64,000 nucleotides of DNA from an uncultured Clostridia bacterium. Its GTDB lineage: Bacteria > Bacillota > Clostridia > TANB77 > CAG-508. Shown one piece after another: positions 17,943 to 28,362 of this stretch. Below the pieces are notes generated by a model. That model made no database searches, was not told the DNA's origin, and saw only the letters and a program-made list of their open reading frames with translations. A program made the position numbers and the translations under genes. Location of the stretch: assembly GCA_947591045.1 (NCBI GenBank), contig CANQCV010000002.1, forward strand, positions 35,075 through 99,074. Reading direction: 5' to 3'. The stretch's first letter is position 1; each line of letters starts with the position of its first letter.

Positions 17943-19409
17943 TTACTTAACATAAAGCACGACACGGAACCCAAGGACGATGTTGGCGCCAGACACTGCA
18001 TCGTTGCCAGCGCGACAGGAAGCAGGAGTGCTGGTGCCGTTGTTGTTAAAGCTACCCCCACGATGAACCGCGTACTTCGTACCGGTTGTTGTAGTAGGTG
18101 AGCTTGTGCTATGGTAACCCGTCTCTGTTGTCCACTCCCACATATTTCCTGCCATATCATAGATATTTTTTAATTTAAATTGCTCTACTACTCCTGTTGA
18201 TAATTCTATATATTTTGATAATGTATGTGTTGTTGTGTTATAACTACTACCATTTGTATAATCTGCTGCAGTATATTTTAATCTTTCCTCTGCATCTGTT
18301 AAGTTTTCTGTTCCTAATTTTGGCTGTCCCTTTTTATATTTATTTGCTATTACCCAAACTGATGTGCCCGTTTGTTCACTTTTTACTGTTGCCAATACAT
18401 GCTGTACATACAAGACATCTTCTGTTAATTGTGTTGTATTATTGGTATAATTTCCATAATCTTTACTATCTGTTACTATTTTTTCTTTTCCTTCTTCACT
18501 TGCTATCCATTCTACTGTTCTATCCCATGCTATTCCATCTATTAACTGACTTGTTACATCATAGCTACTTTCTACTCCACTATACATATTTTTTGATACT
18601 TCTACCGCATTTGTTTGATTTATATAATTCCATGCTTGTACTCCCTGCTTACTTACTGGTTTTAAATCTTTGTCCCCTTCTTTAGTTACATTTTTCGATT
18701 TATTCCCATTTGTAGAATCAGCTGTTTGGTATTTATAATCATTTTCTTCATTTGCATAAAATGGTGCATCTTCTGGCACTCCTGCCTCAAATCTTGCTAC
18801 ATAAAAACCGCCATTTTCTTTCACGCTCTTTTTATTTGTTTCTATATCTGACTCTTCCTTCCAATCTGTATAGTTTCTGTAATAATATGTTTTCCATGGG
18901 TTAGTTCCTTCGTCTACTGTTGAGCTACCTGTATCATTTACATTTGGTTTATTATACTCGTGCTTTTTATACTGCCCCTCTGTGCATGGTACCCATACAA
19001 ATTGATTTCCGTCAGCATCTTCTATTACTATCCCGTCACTTACAGTTGTTCCACAGTCTGGTACTACTTTAAAGCCTTTTGGCACTGTTACTTCTTTTCC
19101 GTACTTATCTTCTGCCTTTACTGTTCTTTTTTGTATTTCTGTTAGTCCCTCTACTAATGGTTTTCCTGTTGGTCCTTGTGGTAATTTCCTTAATTCCATT
19201 AAATAGTCATATTCTTCTGCCATTGAATCTAAGCCCTCTTCTTCTCTTTTAGCGCTTTCTTCATATGCATCTCTTGCTTGCTCTGCTTTTTTTATTAAGC
19301 CATTTTTTCCTGCTACCATATTTATACTTACCGTTGCAAGTATTATTAAAACGATTATGGTTACAACTAACGCAATTAGTGTGATTCCTGTTTCTTTTTT
19401 TCTTATCAT
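17943..19409 (-). CDS. secreted or membrane-anchored protein with a prepilin-like N-terminus and a C-terminal FGE-sulfatase / C-type-lectin-fold domain
   Basis: 488 aa; N-terminus KETG-ITLIALVVTIIVLIILA resembles a class III (prepilin) signal but has Ala instead of Glu at +5; C-terminus GNMWEWT..HRGGSFNNN..CRAGN..GFRVVL is the FGE/CLec signature. Confidence 0.7.
   Translation of the reverse strand: MIRKKETGITLIALVVTIIVLIILATVSINMVAGKNGLIKKAEQARDAYEESAKREEEGLDSMAEEYDYLMELRKLPQGPTGKPLVEGLTEIQKRTVKAEDKYGKEVTVPKGFKVVPDCGTTVSDGIVIEDADGNQFVWVPCTEGQYKKHEYNKPNVNDTGSSTVDEGTNPWKTYYYRNYTDWKEESDIETNKKSVKENGGFYVARFEAGVPEDAPFYANEENDYKYQTADSTNGNKSKNVTKEGDKDLKPVSKQGVQAWNYINQTNAVEVSKNMYSGVESSYDVTSQLIDGIAWDRTVEWIASEEGKEKIVTDSKDYGNYTNNTTQLTEDVLYVQHVLATVKSEQTGTSVWVIANKYKKGQPKLGTENLTDAEERLKYTAADYTNGSSYNTTTHTLSKYIELSTGVVEQFKLKNIYDMAGNMWEWTTETGYHSTSSPTTTTGTKYAVHRGGSFNNNGTSTPASCRAGNDAVSGANIVLGFRVVLYVK
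17946..18135 (-). other. G+C-rich, codon-usage-atypical 3' segment of the FGE gene (DGR variable-region-like)
   Basis: Codons such as GGC, AAC, GTC, CGC, GCG, GGG and TTC are concentrated in the last ~60 codons, whereas the rest of the gene is A/T-ending; both strands are stop-free here (track shadow ORFs). Confidence 0.5.
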
Positions 19410-19427
19410 TTTTATTTTCCTCCCATC

Positions 19428-19506
19428 TCGGGCGACCGATGGTCGCCCCTACATTTAATTTTTTGGTTTTTTTCTTTCCTCGGGCGACCGATGGTCGGCC
19501 CCTACA
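19428..19506. repeat. two copies of the GGGCGACC-NATG-GGTCGCCC-CTACA hairpin repeat, 52 bp apart, in the 5' leader of the FGE gene
   Basis: tcgggcgaccgatggtcgcccctaca (19428-19453) and tcgggcgaccgatggtcggcccctaca (19480-19506). Confidence 0.9.
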
Positions 19507-19700
19507 ATAGTTATTTTCTTTTACAATGTAGCCAATAATATTTTTTGAATAGAAAAAACATTATAATTACATTACACAATTTGTACATTTATAAATAAGC
19601 ACGCAAAAAGACAGGCTGTTTATTTTTACATAAATAGTCTGTCTTTATATATCACAAATAAAGCGATTCTTTCGCTTAACTCTATTTTACTAAATTGTAG

Positions 19701-19732
<32 letters not shown>

Positions 19733-19777
19733 GTTTCAAGGCTTTTGTGATTTTTCATTTGAATATTCTCCTTTACC

Positions 19778-19860
19778 TCTGGCGACCGATGGTCGCCCCT
19801 ACATTTAATTTTGCTGTGTTCACCCCTACATTTAATTTTGCTGTGGTCGCTCCTACATTT
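19778..19860. repeat. one full GGCGACC hairpin repeat followed by two degenerate 27-bp tail copies (cccctacatttaattttgctgtg)
   Basis: tctggcgaccgatggtcgcccctacatttaattttgctgtg / ttcacccctacatttaattttgctgtg / gtcgctcctacattt. Confidence 0.85.
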
Positions 19861-19950
19861 GGTAATCCCTGTTTGTGTTTTTCTGTTCTTTTATGTATTT
19901 AGTATACCCATATTTTTTATCTTAGTCAAGTATTTTTTTGTTATTTCATA

Positions 19951-20808
19951 TTATTTACACAATTTATTTGCAATTTGTGCAAATTGCTCTATTTTTAAGC
20001 TTTCCCCTCTTACATTTTCAGAAAGTTGTAACTCTTCTAATAACTTTTTTCCTTCTTCTTTATTTTTTATAATTCCGCCATTTAATAGCCCATTTAACAA
20101 GGTTTTTCTTCTTTGCATAAAACTTGCCTTTATTATTTTGAAAAATAATTCCTCATTTTTTACTTTTACTGACACATCTTTTCTAATGCTTAAGCTAATT
20201 ACTTTTGAATCTACTTTTGGCACTGGAATAAAGCAATCTTTTGAAACAAAACATATTTCATCTGCCTTTGCATAATAGTATACGCTATATGTAATTGCAC
20301 CAGAAAGCTTTTCTCCCGGGCATGCAGTTATTCTATCTGCAACTTCTTTTTGCACCATAACAGTAATGCTTTCTACTTTATCTAGTTTGTCTTCTAATAA
20401 TTTCATTATAATTGGAGTTGTAATATAGTATGGTAAGTTTGCAACGATTTTTACATTTGTGTTTTGTCCTTTTTTTTCATCAATTAATTTTTTTAAATCT
20501 ACTTTTAAAATATCGTCATGTAGTAGTTCAAAATTTGTATATAGTGAAAATCTATCTTTTAATATATTTACCATTCTATCGTCTAATTCTACTGCAACTA
20601 CATAACCTGCTACATCTAGTATTTTTTTTGTCAAAGTACCAAGACCTGGCCCTATTTCAATTACCAAGTCTTGATTTGTTATATCACTAGATTCTACAAT
20701 TTGATTTACGATGTTGTCGTCAATTAAAAAATTTTGTCCTAAATCTTTATTTGCTGTAATGCCATACTTTTTCATTATATATTTTGTTTCTTCTAAAAGA
20801 TTTTGCAT
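19951..20808 (-). CDS. rsmA: 16S rRNA (adenine1518/1519-N6)-dimethyltransferase
   Basis: 285 aa; KDLGQNFLID, EIGPGLGTLT SAM motif, NLPYYITTPI. Confidence 0.9.
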   Translation of the reverse strand: MQNLLEETKYIMKKYGITANKDLGQNFLIDDNIVNQIVESSDITNQDLVIEIGPGLGTLTKKILDVAGYVVAVELDDRMVNILKDRFSLYTNFELLHDDILKVDLKKLIDEKKGQNTNVKIVANLPYYITTPIIMKLLEDKLDKVESITVMVQKEVADRITACPGEKLSGAITYSVYYYAKADEICFVSKDCFIPVPKVDSKVISLSIRKDVSVKVKNEELFFKIIKASFMQRRKTLLNGLLNGGIIKNKEEGKKLLEELQLSENVRGESLKIEQFAQIANKLCK

Positions 20809-20834
20809 TCTTCTTATTTTCTCCCCTATGGTCT

Positions 20835-23120
20835 TTACTTTTTTTGCAGTGTTACTACTATAACTGTTCCCTCTTCTACTGATGTTCCTGCCGGAATGTC
20901 TTGGTTCGTGACAACTCCGCTTCCTGTTATTTTAATATTTAAGTTTTTCTTTTTTAATGCTGACTTTGCTTCTGAAATTGTCATTCCTTTTAAATTTGGT
21001 ACAGTTTGTGATACTCTTGTATCATTTCCTTGTGTGTATAAAAATACTGTTGCGTCTTTTAATAATGGTGTTCCTGCCCTTGGCATTTGTTCAGTTACAA
21101 TATCTGTTTCTTTACCTGATATTTTACAATTGAATCCTGCTTTTTCTATCTTTTTCTTTGCCTCTGAAACTGTTTTATTTACTACATTTGGAAGAGTTGT
21201 TGTTTTGTTATTTTTTGTACCACTTTCCGTTATTTCTGATGGTATTCCTAAATATGGTAATACTTCTGAAAGAATTTGTGATGCAACAGGTGCTGCAACT
21301 ACACTACCACTATGACTACCTGCTCTTGGTCCATATAATGTTATCAAAACTACAACTTCTGGACTTTCTGCTGGTGACAATGCTGCAAAAGATGCTACAT
21401 ATTTGCTATTGTCATTGTCGTCTGGTTCTGATGTTCCTGTTTTTCCTGCTACTGTATATCCTTTTACTTTTGCTGATTTACCTGTTCCATCTTCAACAAC
21501 TGTTTTTAACATATCTAATAATTTTTGTGAAGTTTCTTTTGATATTACTTGTCTAACTTGTGTAGGTTCTATTGATGTTACTGCTCCTGTATCTGTATTT
21601 GTAATTTCTTTTACAATTCTTGGTTGCATTAATACTCCGTTATTAGCTACTGCTGAAACTGCTGTAATCATTTGTAATGGGGTAATTCTAAACCTTTGAC
21701 CAAATGACATTGTTGCAAGCTCTACTTCGCCAACATTTTGCAATTTCCAAAATACTCCTGAAACTTCTTCACTACTTGCAAATCCTGTTTTATCGAAAAA
21801 GCCAAATGCATCATAGTAGCGATACAAAGTAGCTGCTCCTATCTTTTTTCCTAATTGCATAAATGCAGGGTTACAAGAATTTTTTAATGCATCTCTAAGG
21901 CTTTGAGAACCGTGTCCTGATTTATTTGAACAACCAATTTCCATATTTGCAACTTTTTGATAGCCTGAACATTTAAAAACATTTGCTTGATCTTCTGTTA
22001 CAATATTTTCTTCTAGTCCTGCTGCTGCTGTAATTATTTTAAATACAGAGCCCGGCTCATAAGTCGATGTAATTGCTCTGTTATTCCATAATGTTTGAAG
22101 TGTTGTATTTTGCTGTTCTGAACTTAATTTTTCCCAATCTTCTTCACTAATATTTGTTGGTGTGAATGGTGTATTTAAGTTATAGTCTGGATATGTTGCC
22201 ATAGCTAAGATATCTCCATTACTAGGATCCATAATAATTACATTTCCACCATCTGAGCATTTATTTTCTTTACATGCTTGTTCCAAATATTTTTCTGCTA
22301 TTGTTTGAATATTTGCATCTATTGTTAGTGTAATATCATTTCCGTTTTGTGCTGCTATATATGTTTTATTTTGGTCTGGTATTAAGTCTTGAACTGCATC
22401 TTGTGATGATACTATTTTTCCAGGTGTTCCTGTAAGCACACTATCCCATTTTGCCTCTATTCCCTCTAGACCTTGATTATCCGTTCCGCAAAAGCCTATT
22501 AAATTAGATGCTAAATCATTATATGGATAATATCTTTTTGTGTCTTCGTCTATGTTGATTCCAGAATATATTTTATTTTCTTTCATCCATTCTTTTAATT
22601 TATCTATTTTATCTTTTTCTACCTTTTTAGCAATAGTTTGTACTGTTTTACTCTCACTTGAAACTTTTCTTAGTGTTTCATCATAATCTAATTCAAATAT
22701 ATCAGAAAACGCTTTTGCCACTTTTTCTTTTAATGCTTTTGTTTTTATTTGTGCTACTTCTTCATCCTCGTGTTTTACAACAATTTTATCAGCATTAATA
22801 CTTACTGTATCTACCTGTGCACTTCTTGCTAGGGCTTTTCCAGTAGAATCATAAATTGTTCCTCTTTTTGGGCTAATTAATCTACTTGTAGTTAACTGAT
22901 TATACATTGCCTCTTTAAGGTCTGCACCTTGTACAATTTGTAGCCAGCCCAAACGCCCAATAAGCAAGATTAGTAATAGGAAAAATATTAGTAACATTAT
23001 TTTTAATCTTTGTGGTATCGTTAAAGTTTTTTTGGCGCTTTTATGTACTATTTGTGAGCTTACTCCATTTCTAATTGGTTTTATATTTATCTTTTCATTA
23101 TTTTTTTTATTTGATTTCAT
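20835..23120 (-). CDS. class B penicillin-binding protein (transpeptidase) with two C-terminal PASTA domains (SpoVD/PBP2B-like)
   Basis: SVFK, SCN and KTGT motifs; two PASTA modules; start moved to MKSNKK (23120) behind AAAGGAGA, because the longer track ORF starts inside the 45-bp repeat. Confidence 0.85.
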   Translation of the reverse strand: MKSNKKNNEKINIKPIRNGVSSQIVHKSAKKTLTIPQRLKIMLLIFFLLLILLIGRLGWLQIVQGADLKEAMYNQLTTSRLISPKRGTIYDSTGKALARSAQVDTVSINADKIVVKHEDEEVAQIKTKALKEKVAKAFSDIFELDYDETLRKVSSESKTVQTIAKKVEKDKIDKLKEWMKENKIYSGINIDEDTKRYYPYNDLASNLIGFCGTDNQGLEGIEAKWDSVLTGTPGKIVSSQDAVQDLIPDQNKTYIAAQNGNDITLTIDANIQTIAEKYLEQACKENKCSDGGNVIIMDPSNGDILAMATYPDYNLNTPFTPTNISEEDWEKLSSEQQNTTLQTLWNNRAITSTYEPGSVFKIITAAAGLEENIVTEDQANVFKCSGYQKVANMEIGCSNKSGHGSQSLRDALKNSCNPAFMQLGKKIGAATLYRYYDAFGFFDKTGFASSEEVSGVFWKLQNVGEVELATMSFGQRFRITPLQMITAVSAVANNGVLMQPRIVKEITNTDTGAVTSIEPTQVRQVISKETSQKLLDMLKTVVEDGTGKSAKVKGYTVAGKTGTSEPDDNDNSKYVASFAALSPAESPEVVVLITLYGPRAGSHSGSVVAAPVASQILSEVLPYLGIPSEITESGTKNNKTTTLPNVVNKTVSEAKKKIEKAGFNCKISGKETDIVTEQMPRAGTPLLKDATVFLYTQGNDTRVSQTVPNLKGMTISEAKSALKKKNLNIKITGSGVVTNQDIPAGTSVEEGTVIVVTLQKK

Positions 23121-23144
23121 TAGTTCTCCTTTTATCCCTTTAAA

Positions 23145-23189
23145 GGGGCCTGACCCTTTTTCCCATTTTTGTCGCATTGGGGACAGGTC
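23145..23189. repeat. 45-bp dispersed repeat, copy 2 (inverted; PBP 5' leader)
   Basis: ggggcctgaccctttttcccatttttgtcgcattggggacaggtc, the reverse complement of 16451..16495. Confidence 0.9.
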
Positions 23190-23295
23190 AGTTTTTATTT
23201 TATATATACATAATATACGAAGATAAAAGAAAAATCAATATAAATATAAAAATTAGATGATACTTTATAATACCATCTAATTTTTTATTTAATTT

Positions 23296-25104
23296 TTAAT
23301 TATTAAAGATTTCGTCAAATTCTTCTCCGTCAATTTTTTCTTTTTCTAATAGGACACTTGCTACTTTATGAAGTTTATCTTCGTTTTGTTTTAATATTTC
23401 TTCTGCTTTTTTGTAAGCAAAATCAATTATACTTTTTACTTCTTCGTCTACTATTCCTGCTGTTTCTTCTGAATATTCTTTTTGTGTAGCAAAATCTCTT
23501 CCTAAAAATACTTCTTCTTGGTTTTGACCTAATGTAATAGTTCCTACTCTCTCACTCATACCATATCTTGTCACCATGTTTCTCGCAATTTTTGTTGCTC
23601 TTTCTATGTCGTTACTTGCTCCTGTTGATATATCGTCTAATATTAATTGTTCTGCAACTCTACCACCTAATAGTGACACTATACTTTCTACCATTTCTGT
23701 TCTAGACATGAATGATTTGTCTTCTGTTGGACGATACATTGTGTATCCTCCTGCCATTCCTCTAGGTACTATTGATATTTGATGTACAGGATCTTGTGTT
23801 GGTAAAAATCTACTAACAACGGCATGACCTGCCTCGTGATATGCTACTAATTTTTGTTCTTTATCACTTCTTACTCTTGTTCTTTTTTCTGGTCCCATTG
23901 TTACTTTTATCATTGCATCTTCTATTTCAAGCATTCCTATTTCGTTTAAGTTTCTTCTAGCTGCAAGAAGTGCCGCTTCGTTTAAAACATTTTCTAGGTC
24001 TGCTCCTGAAAAACCAGAAGTATTTTTTGCAATAGTTTTTAAATCAACATCTTCTGCTAATTTTTTCTTTCTACTATGAACTTCTAATATTTGTTCTCTT
24101 GCTTTTACATCAGGGCTTGATACTACGATTTGTCTATCAAATCTTCCTGGACGAAGTAGCGCTTTATCTAGTACATCTGGTCTATTTGTTGCAGCAAGTA
24201 CAATAACTCCTTCATTTTCAGAGAATCCATCCATTTCTACTAATAATTGGTTTAATGTTTGCTCTCTTTCGTCATGTCCTCCACCAAGTCCTGCTCCTCT
24301 TTGGCGTCCAACTGCATCTATTTCATCTATGAAAACAATACATGGTGCTTTTCTTTTTGCCTCTTCGAATAGGTCTCTTACTCTTGATGCACCAACACCA
24401 ACAAACATTTCGACGAAGTCTGAACCACTAATGATAAAGAATGGAACTCCTGCCTCTCCTGCTACTGCTTTTGCAAGTAATGTTTTACCAGTACCAGGAC
24501 TTCCTACTAATAGGACTCCTTTTGGTATTCTTGCTCCCATATCTGTAAATTTCTTTGGATTTTTTAAGAATTCTACTATTTCTTCTAATTCTTCTTTTTC
24601 TTCATCTACTCCTGCTACATCTTCAAATGTTATTTTATTTTTGTCTGCAGGATTCATCATTCTAGCTCTACTTTTGCCAAATGACATTGTTTTTCCTGGA
24701 CCTGCTCCTTGATTTCCTGAATTCATAAATAAGAACCAGAAAATAAAGAATATTATTAAAATTCCAAATGGTGTTAATAGGCTTAATATAAACATAAATG
24801 CCGACTCTGATTTTTCAGATACTTTTACACTTCCTGTTTTCATGCTTTCTTGCAAAGTTTCCATTAAACTATCTACACTTGGGATATTTACTTGTTTAAC
24901 TAAATTTTCATTTTTTAATTTTACATCTGCTTTAGTTCCATCAGAAGATATTTCTATTTCTTTTACATCTCCTGACTCCACCCTTGCAACTAAATCTGAA
25001 TACGCTAAACGATTATTACTACTATCAAATATAGAACTAATTAATACAACAAAAATAACTCCAATAATAAGCCATGTTGCTAATGTTTTTATACTATTTT
25101 TCAA
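23296..25104 (-). CDS. ftsH: ATP-dependent zinc metalloprotease FtsH
   Basis: 602 aa; two TM segments, GSPGTGKT Walker [15 protein letters not shown] zinc site. Confidence 0.95.
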   Translation of the reverse strand: MKNSIKTLATWLIIGVIFVVLISSIFDSSNNRLAYSDLVARVESGDVKEIEISSDGTKADVKLKNENLVKQVNIPSVDSLMETLQESMKTGSVKVSEKSESAFMFILSLLTPFGILIIFFIFWFLFMNSGNQGAGPGKTMSFGKSRARMMNPADKNKITFEDVAGVDEEKEELEEIVEFLKNPKKFTDMGARIPKGVLLVGSPGTGKTLLAKAVAGEAGVPFFIISGSDFVEMFVGVGASRVRDLFEEAKRKAPCIVFIDEIDAVGRQRGAGLGGGHDEREQTLNQLLVEMDGFSENEGVIVLAATNRPDVLDKALLRPGRFDRQIVVSSPDVKAREQILEVHSRKKKLAEDVDLKTIAKNTSGFSGADLENVLNEAALLAARRNLNEIGMLEIEDAMIKVTMGPEKRTRVRSDKEQKLVAYHEAGHAVVSRFLPTQDPVHQISIVPRGMAGGYTMYRPTEDKSFMSRTEMVESIVSLLGGRVAEQLILDDISTGASNDIERATKIARNMVTRYGMSERVGTITLGQNQEEVFLGRDFATQKEYSEETAGIVDEEVKSIIDFAYKKAEEILKQNEDKLHKVASVLLEKEKIDGEEFDEIFNN

Positions 25105-25175
25105 TTATAACTCCTCCTAATTTTTAATTACTATTGAAATATAACACATATATTTCCCATTTTCAAGCATTTTTA

Positions 25176-26174
25176 TTAATTTATAACAGAAAATATAATT
25201 TCACCTTTTTTTACAAATACTTTTAAGTTTTTATTCGGGGTAAGATATTTGTTTCCTACATTGTTTTGACATAATTTTATAATATCTTCTATATGTATCT
25301 TTTCTATTCCTTGTGTTGTATCAAAAAGCTTATTAATAGTATATAAAATGAGTCTTGACTTTATTACATTATCTAAATTATTAAATTTTTTTAAATTTAG
25401 AGTAATAGATTTTTGTTTTTCATCTTTTTGGTCAATTTTTGTTTCTTTAAATACATTTTCTATAAGCTCTATGAAATACTGTTCTTCTTTTTGAACAATG
25501 CTAGACATACGATTTAATGTTTCAATTATATTTGGGTTAAATTCTTTTTCTATATATGGAATAAGTTTATTTCTAATTTTGTTTCTAGTATAAATATTTT
25601 CCATATTTGTTTTATCATACTTTGGCTGTAAATTTTTTTCTTTACAATAGTCTTCTATTTCTTTTCTCGTACATTCTAGAAGTGGTCTTATAAATTTTTC
25701 GTTTCTTTTTATTTCAATTCCTTTTAACCCAGATATTCCGCTTCCCCTCATAAGATTCATAAGTACAGTTTCTGCATTGTCATTTGCTGTATGTGCTGTT
25801 GCAACTTTATTCGCATTTACTTTTTTTGCAATCTCTTCAAAAAATTCGTATCTTGCATTCCTTCCAATTGTTTCTGTACTCATTTTAAACTCTTGTGCTT
25901 TACTTTTTACATCTACATTTTTTGTATAACATTTTACGCCTATCTTTTTACAAAAGTTTTGTACATATTCTTCTTCTTGTTTTGCCTCTTTTCTTATCAT
26001 GTGATTTACATGTGCAACACAAATATCAATTTGCAACTGTTTTTTTAGTTCAAAAAGTACATTAAGAAGAGTCATTGAATCCGGTCCTCCAGATACACCA
26101 ATGACTATACTATCTTTTTTTTGTATTAAATTATTTTTTGTAATTGTATCTAAAACCTTTTCTTGTAAATTCAT
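25176..26174 (-). CDS. tilS: tRNA(Ile)-lysidine synthase
   Basis: 332 aa; PP-loop VSGGPDS; upstream of ftsH as in many Firmicutes. Confidence 0.85.
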   Translation of the reverse strand: MNLQEKVLDTITKNNLIQKKDSIVIGVSGGPDSMTLLNVLFELKKQLQIDICVAHVNHMIRKEAKQEEEYVQNFCKKIGVKCYTKNVDVKSKAQEFKMSTETIGRNARYEFFEEIAKKVNANKVATAHTANDNAETVLMNLMRGSGISGLKGIEIKRNEKFIRPLLECTRKEIEDYCKEKNLQPKYDKTNMENIYTRNKIRNKLIPYIEKEFNPNIIETLNRMSSIVQKEEQYFIELIENVFKETKIDQKDEKQKSITLNLKKFNNLDNVIKSRLILYTINKLFDTTQGIEKIHIEDIIKLCQNNVGNKYLTPNKNLKVFVKKGEIIFSVIN

Positions 26175-26259
26175 TAACCTACTCCTAACAGCCTGAATTT
26201 GATTTTTTCCCCTATTTATGATATAATAATTTTATACTACATAGATAGGAGTGTAAAAG

Positions 26260-26790
26260 ATGAACATTGAAAATCGTATTCTACCTTTTGGTCCTAACTA
26301 CCTTGGCAACATTGTCCGGAATTCCGAAACATTCATTACAATCCACGAAACTAGTGAAGGAACAGATTTTGCCCCAGAGAATCGAACCATTGAGTACTAT
26401 GAAGACCGACTCAAAAACCCTCCTAAGGGTTTAGAGCAGATTGGCTATCACTTCTTAGTAAGTGATAAAAGAGTTGTTCAGTTTATCCCTCTTAACTTTC
26501 GGACTGCTCATGCAGGTTCTACCGAAGGAAACAATAGCTTAGCTATTGAAAGACTAGTAAACAAGAACATCGACTTTCCCAAAGCGATTGCTAACCAAGC
26601 AAAACTAACAGCCACTCTAATGCACAAGTATGGTATCCCTATTACGCATGTCGTCCCTCATACCTATTGGAATCCTCGCAAATCTTGCCCCGCTAGACTC
26701 CTTGCAGGAATGTTTGGAGGCTGGGATGGTTTTATCTCCCAAGTAGAAACATTTTCTCGAAATCAGGATTTTTTCTTTGATATCCTGTAA
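26260..26790 (+). CDS. N-acetylmuramoyl-L-alanine amidase (amidase_2/PGRP family), G+C-richer foreign-looking gene
   Basis: 176 aa; ITIHET.., YHFLV.., AHAG.., VPHTYWNPRKSCPARLL resembles CwlA/phage amidases; own TGATATAAT -10 and hairpin plus T-run terminator at ~26797-26835; contains in-frame CGG at 26317 and 26500. Confidence 0.75.
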   Translation: MNIENRILPFGPNYLGNIVRNSETFITIHETSEGTDFAPENRTIEYYEDRLKNPPKGLEQIGYHFLVSDKRVVQFIPLNFRTAHAGSTEGNNSLAIERLVNKNIDFPKAIANQAKLTATLMHKYGIPITHVVPHTYWNPRKSCPARLLAGMFGGWDGFISQVETFSRNQDFFFDIL

Positions 26791-26835
26791 TTTCATCTCT
26801 CCCATATGAGCGAATTCGTTCACATGGGAGTTTTT

Positions 26836-28169
26836 TTATTCTCTATATTTATCGATATTTGCAAATTTTGTATAATTTCCAAGCCATAAAAGCTCAACCG
26901 TTCCTGTTGAACCTGACCTATGTTTTGATATAATAATTTCTGCTATATTTTTCTTTTCACTGTTTTCGTTATAATAATCATCTCTATACAAAAACATTAC
27001 AATATCAGCATCTTGCTCTATTGCTCCTGATTCACGCAAATCTGCAAGCATTGGTCTATGATCTGGTCTTTGCTCTGGTGCACGAGAAAGCTGTGATAAT
27101 GCAATAACTGGTACATTTATTTCTTTTGCAAGAATTTTTAAAGAACGACTTATTTCTGATATTTCTTGCTCACGACTTCCGCTGTTTTTTTCCACTTCCT
27201 TGAACAAGCTGTAAATAATCAATAACTACTAAACCTATATTTTTTTCTAGTTTTAACTTCCTACATTTTGCTCTAATTTCCATTATAGAGATACCTGGTG
27301 TATCATCTATAAATATTTGTGATTCTGAAAGCTGTCCAGATGCTGATGCAAGTTTTGCCCATTCGTCATCACTTATTGTTCCTGTACGAACTTTATTACT
27401 GTCTACCATTGCTTCCGAACACAAAATTCTATTTACCATTTGCTCTTTTGACATTTCCAAGCTAAAAATTACTACTGGTACATTTGCTCTTACTGCTGCA
27501 TTTGTTGCTATATTTAATGCAAAAGCTGATTTTCCCATGGCTGGCCTTGCTGCAACTAATATTAAATCAGAAGGATGTAGTCCTGCAGTCCTATAATCTA
27601 AATCTGAAAAACCTGTTGGAACACCTGTAATATGTTGTTTTTGATTATATAGTTGTTCTAGCTGTGTAAATGTATCTACTAATATATCTTTTATAGATGT
27701 ATAACCCTTTTGATTTTTCTTTTGCATAACCTCAAAGATTTTTTTCTCTGCACTGTCTATAATATCTTCTACTTCTTGTGTTGGATCATACCCCAATGTA
27801 ATTAGTTCATTTGCTGTTTTTATTAAATTTCTAAGTGTTGCCTTTTCTTCTACAATTTTTATATATTGCATAGCATTTGCAGTTGTTGGTACTTTATCTG
27901 GAAGACTAGCTATATATTCTAGTCCACCAACAGCATCTAATTTTCCCATTGATGATAATTCTGATTTTAGTGTAATAACATCTATTGGCTGACTTTTGTT
28001 ATATAAATTAAGAATTGCAGAATATATTGCCTTATTATCTTCTCTATAAAAGTCGTCTTCTTTTAGGACTTCTATTGCTGATAAAACTGCATCTCTATCT
28101 GTTAACATACTTCCGAATAACTGCTTGTTCTGCTTCTGTATCATTTGGTGGTATTTTGCCTAGTTCCAT
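26836..28169 (-). CDS. dnaB: replicative DNA helicase DnaB, interrupted by two single-C insertions (in-frame CGG 28115..28113 and 27181..27179)
   Basis: True start ATG 28169 gives [18 protein letters not shown] then (C)GGA.. [10 protein letters not shown]; Walker [13 protein letters not shown]; second break QGSGKKQ then (C)GGA.. [15 protein letters not shown]. Confidence 0.85.
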
Positions 28170-28214
28170 GTTTTATTTCCTTTCTGTCTTATTTTTCTAT
28201 TTTAACGATTTTTT

Positions 28215-28362
28215 GCGGGCGACCAATGGTCGCCCCTACATTGCATTTTAATTACAATATAGTAAATTGAAGAAACACCGCGCAGGGGACCAAACGAACG
28301 GAGTAAATTTACTATATTGTTATTTTTGTATTGCTTGTGGGCGACCAATGGTCGCCCCTACA
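28215..28362. repeat. composite element in the rplI-dnaB spacer: two GGGCGACCAATGGTCGCCCCTACA hairpins flanking a perfect 15-bp-stem hairpin with a 37-nt G+C-rich loop
   Basis: Hairpins at 28215-28240 and 28336-28362; arms acaatatagtaaatt (28254-28268) and aatttactatattgt (28306-28320). Confidence 0.85.

Noticed and set aside
17894-18160. Two overlapping ORFs (17894..18160 minus, 17907..18101 plus) in the G+C-rich patch.
   Set aside because: They arise because G+C-rich sequence lacks stop codons in all frames. The FGE reading frame is the one with recognisable motifs (HRGGSF, GFRVV).
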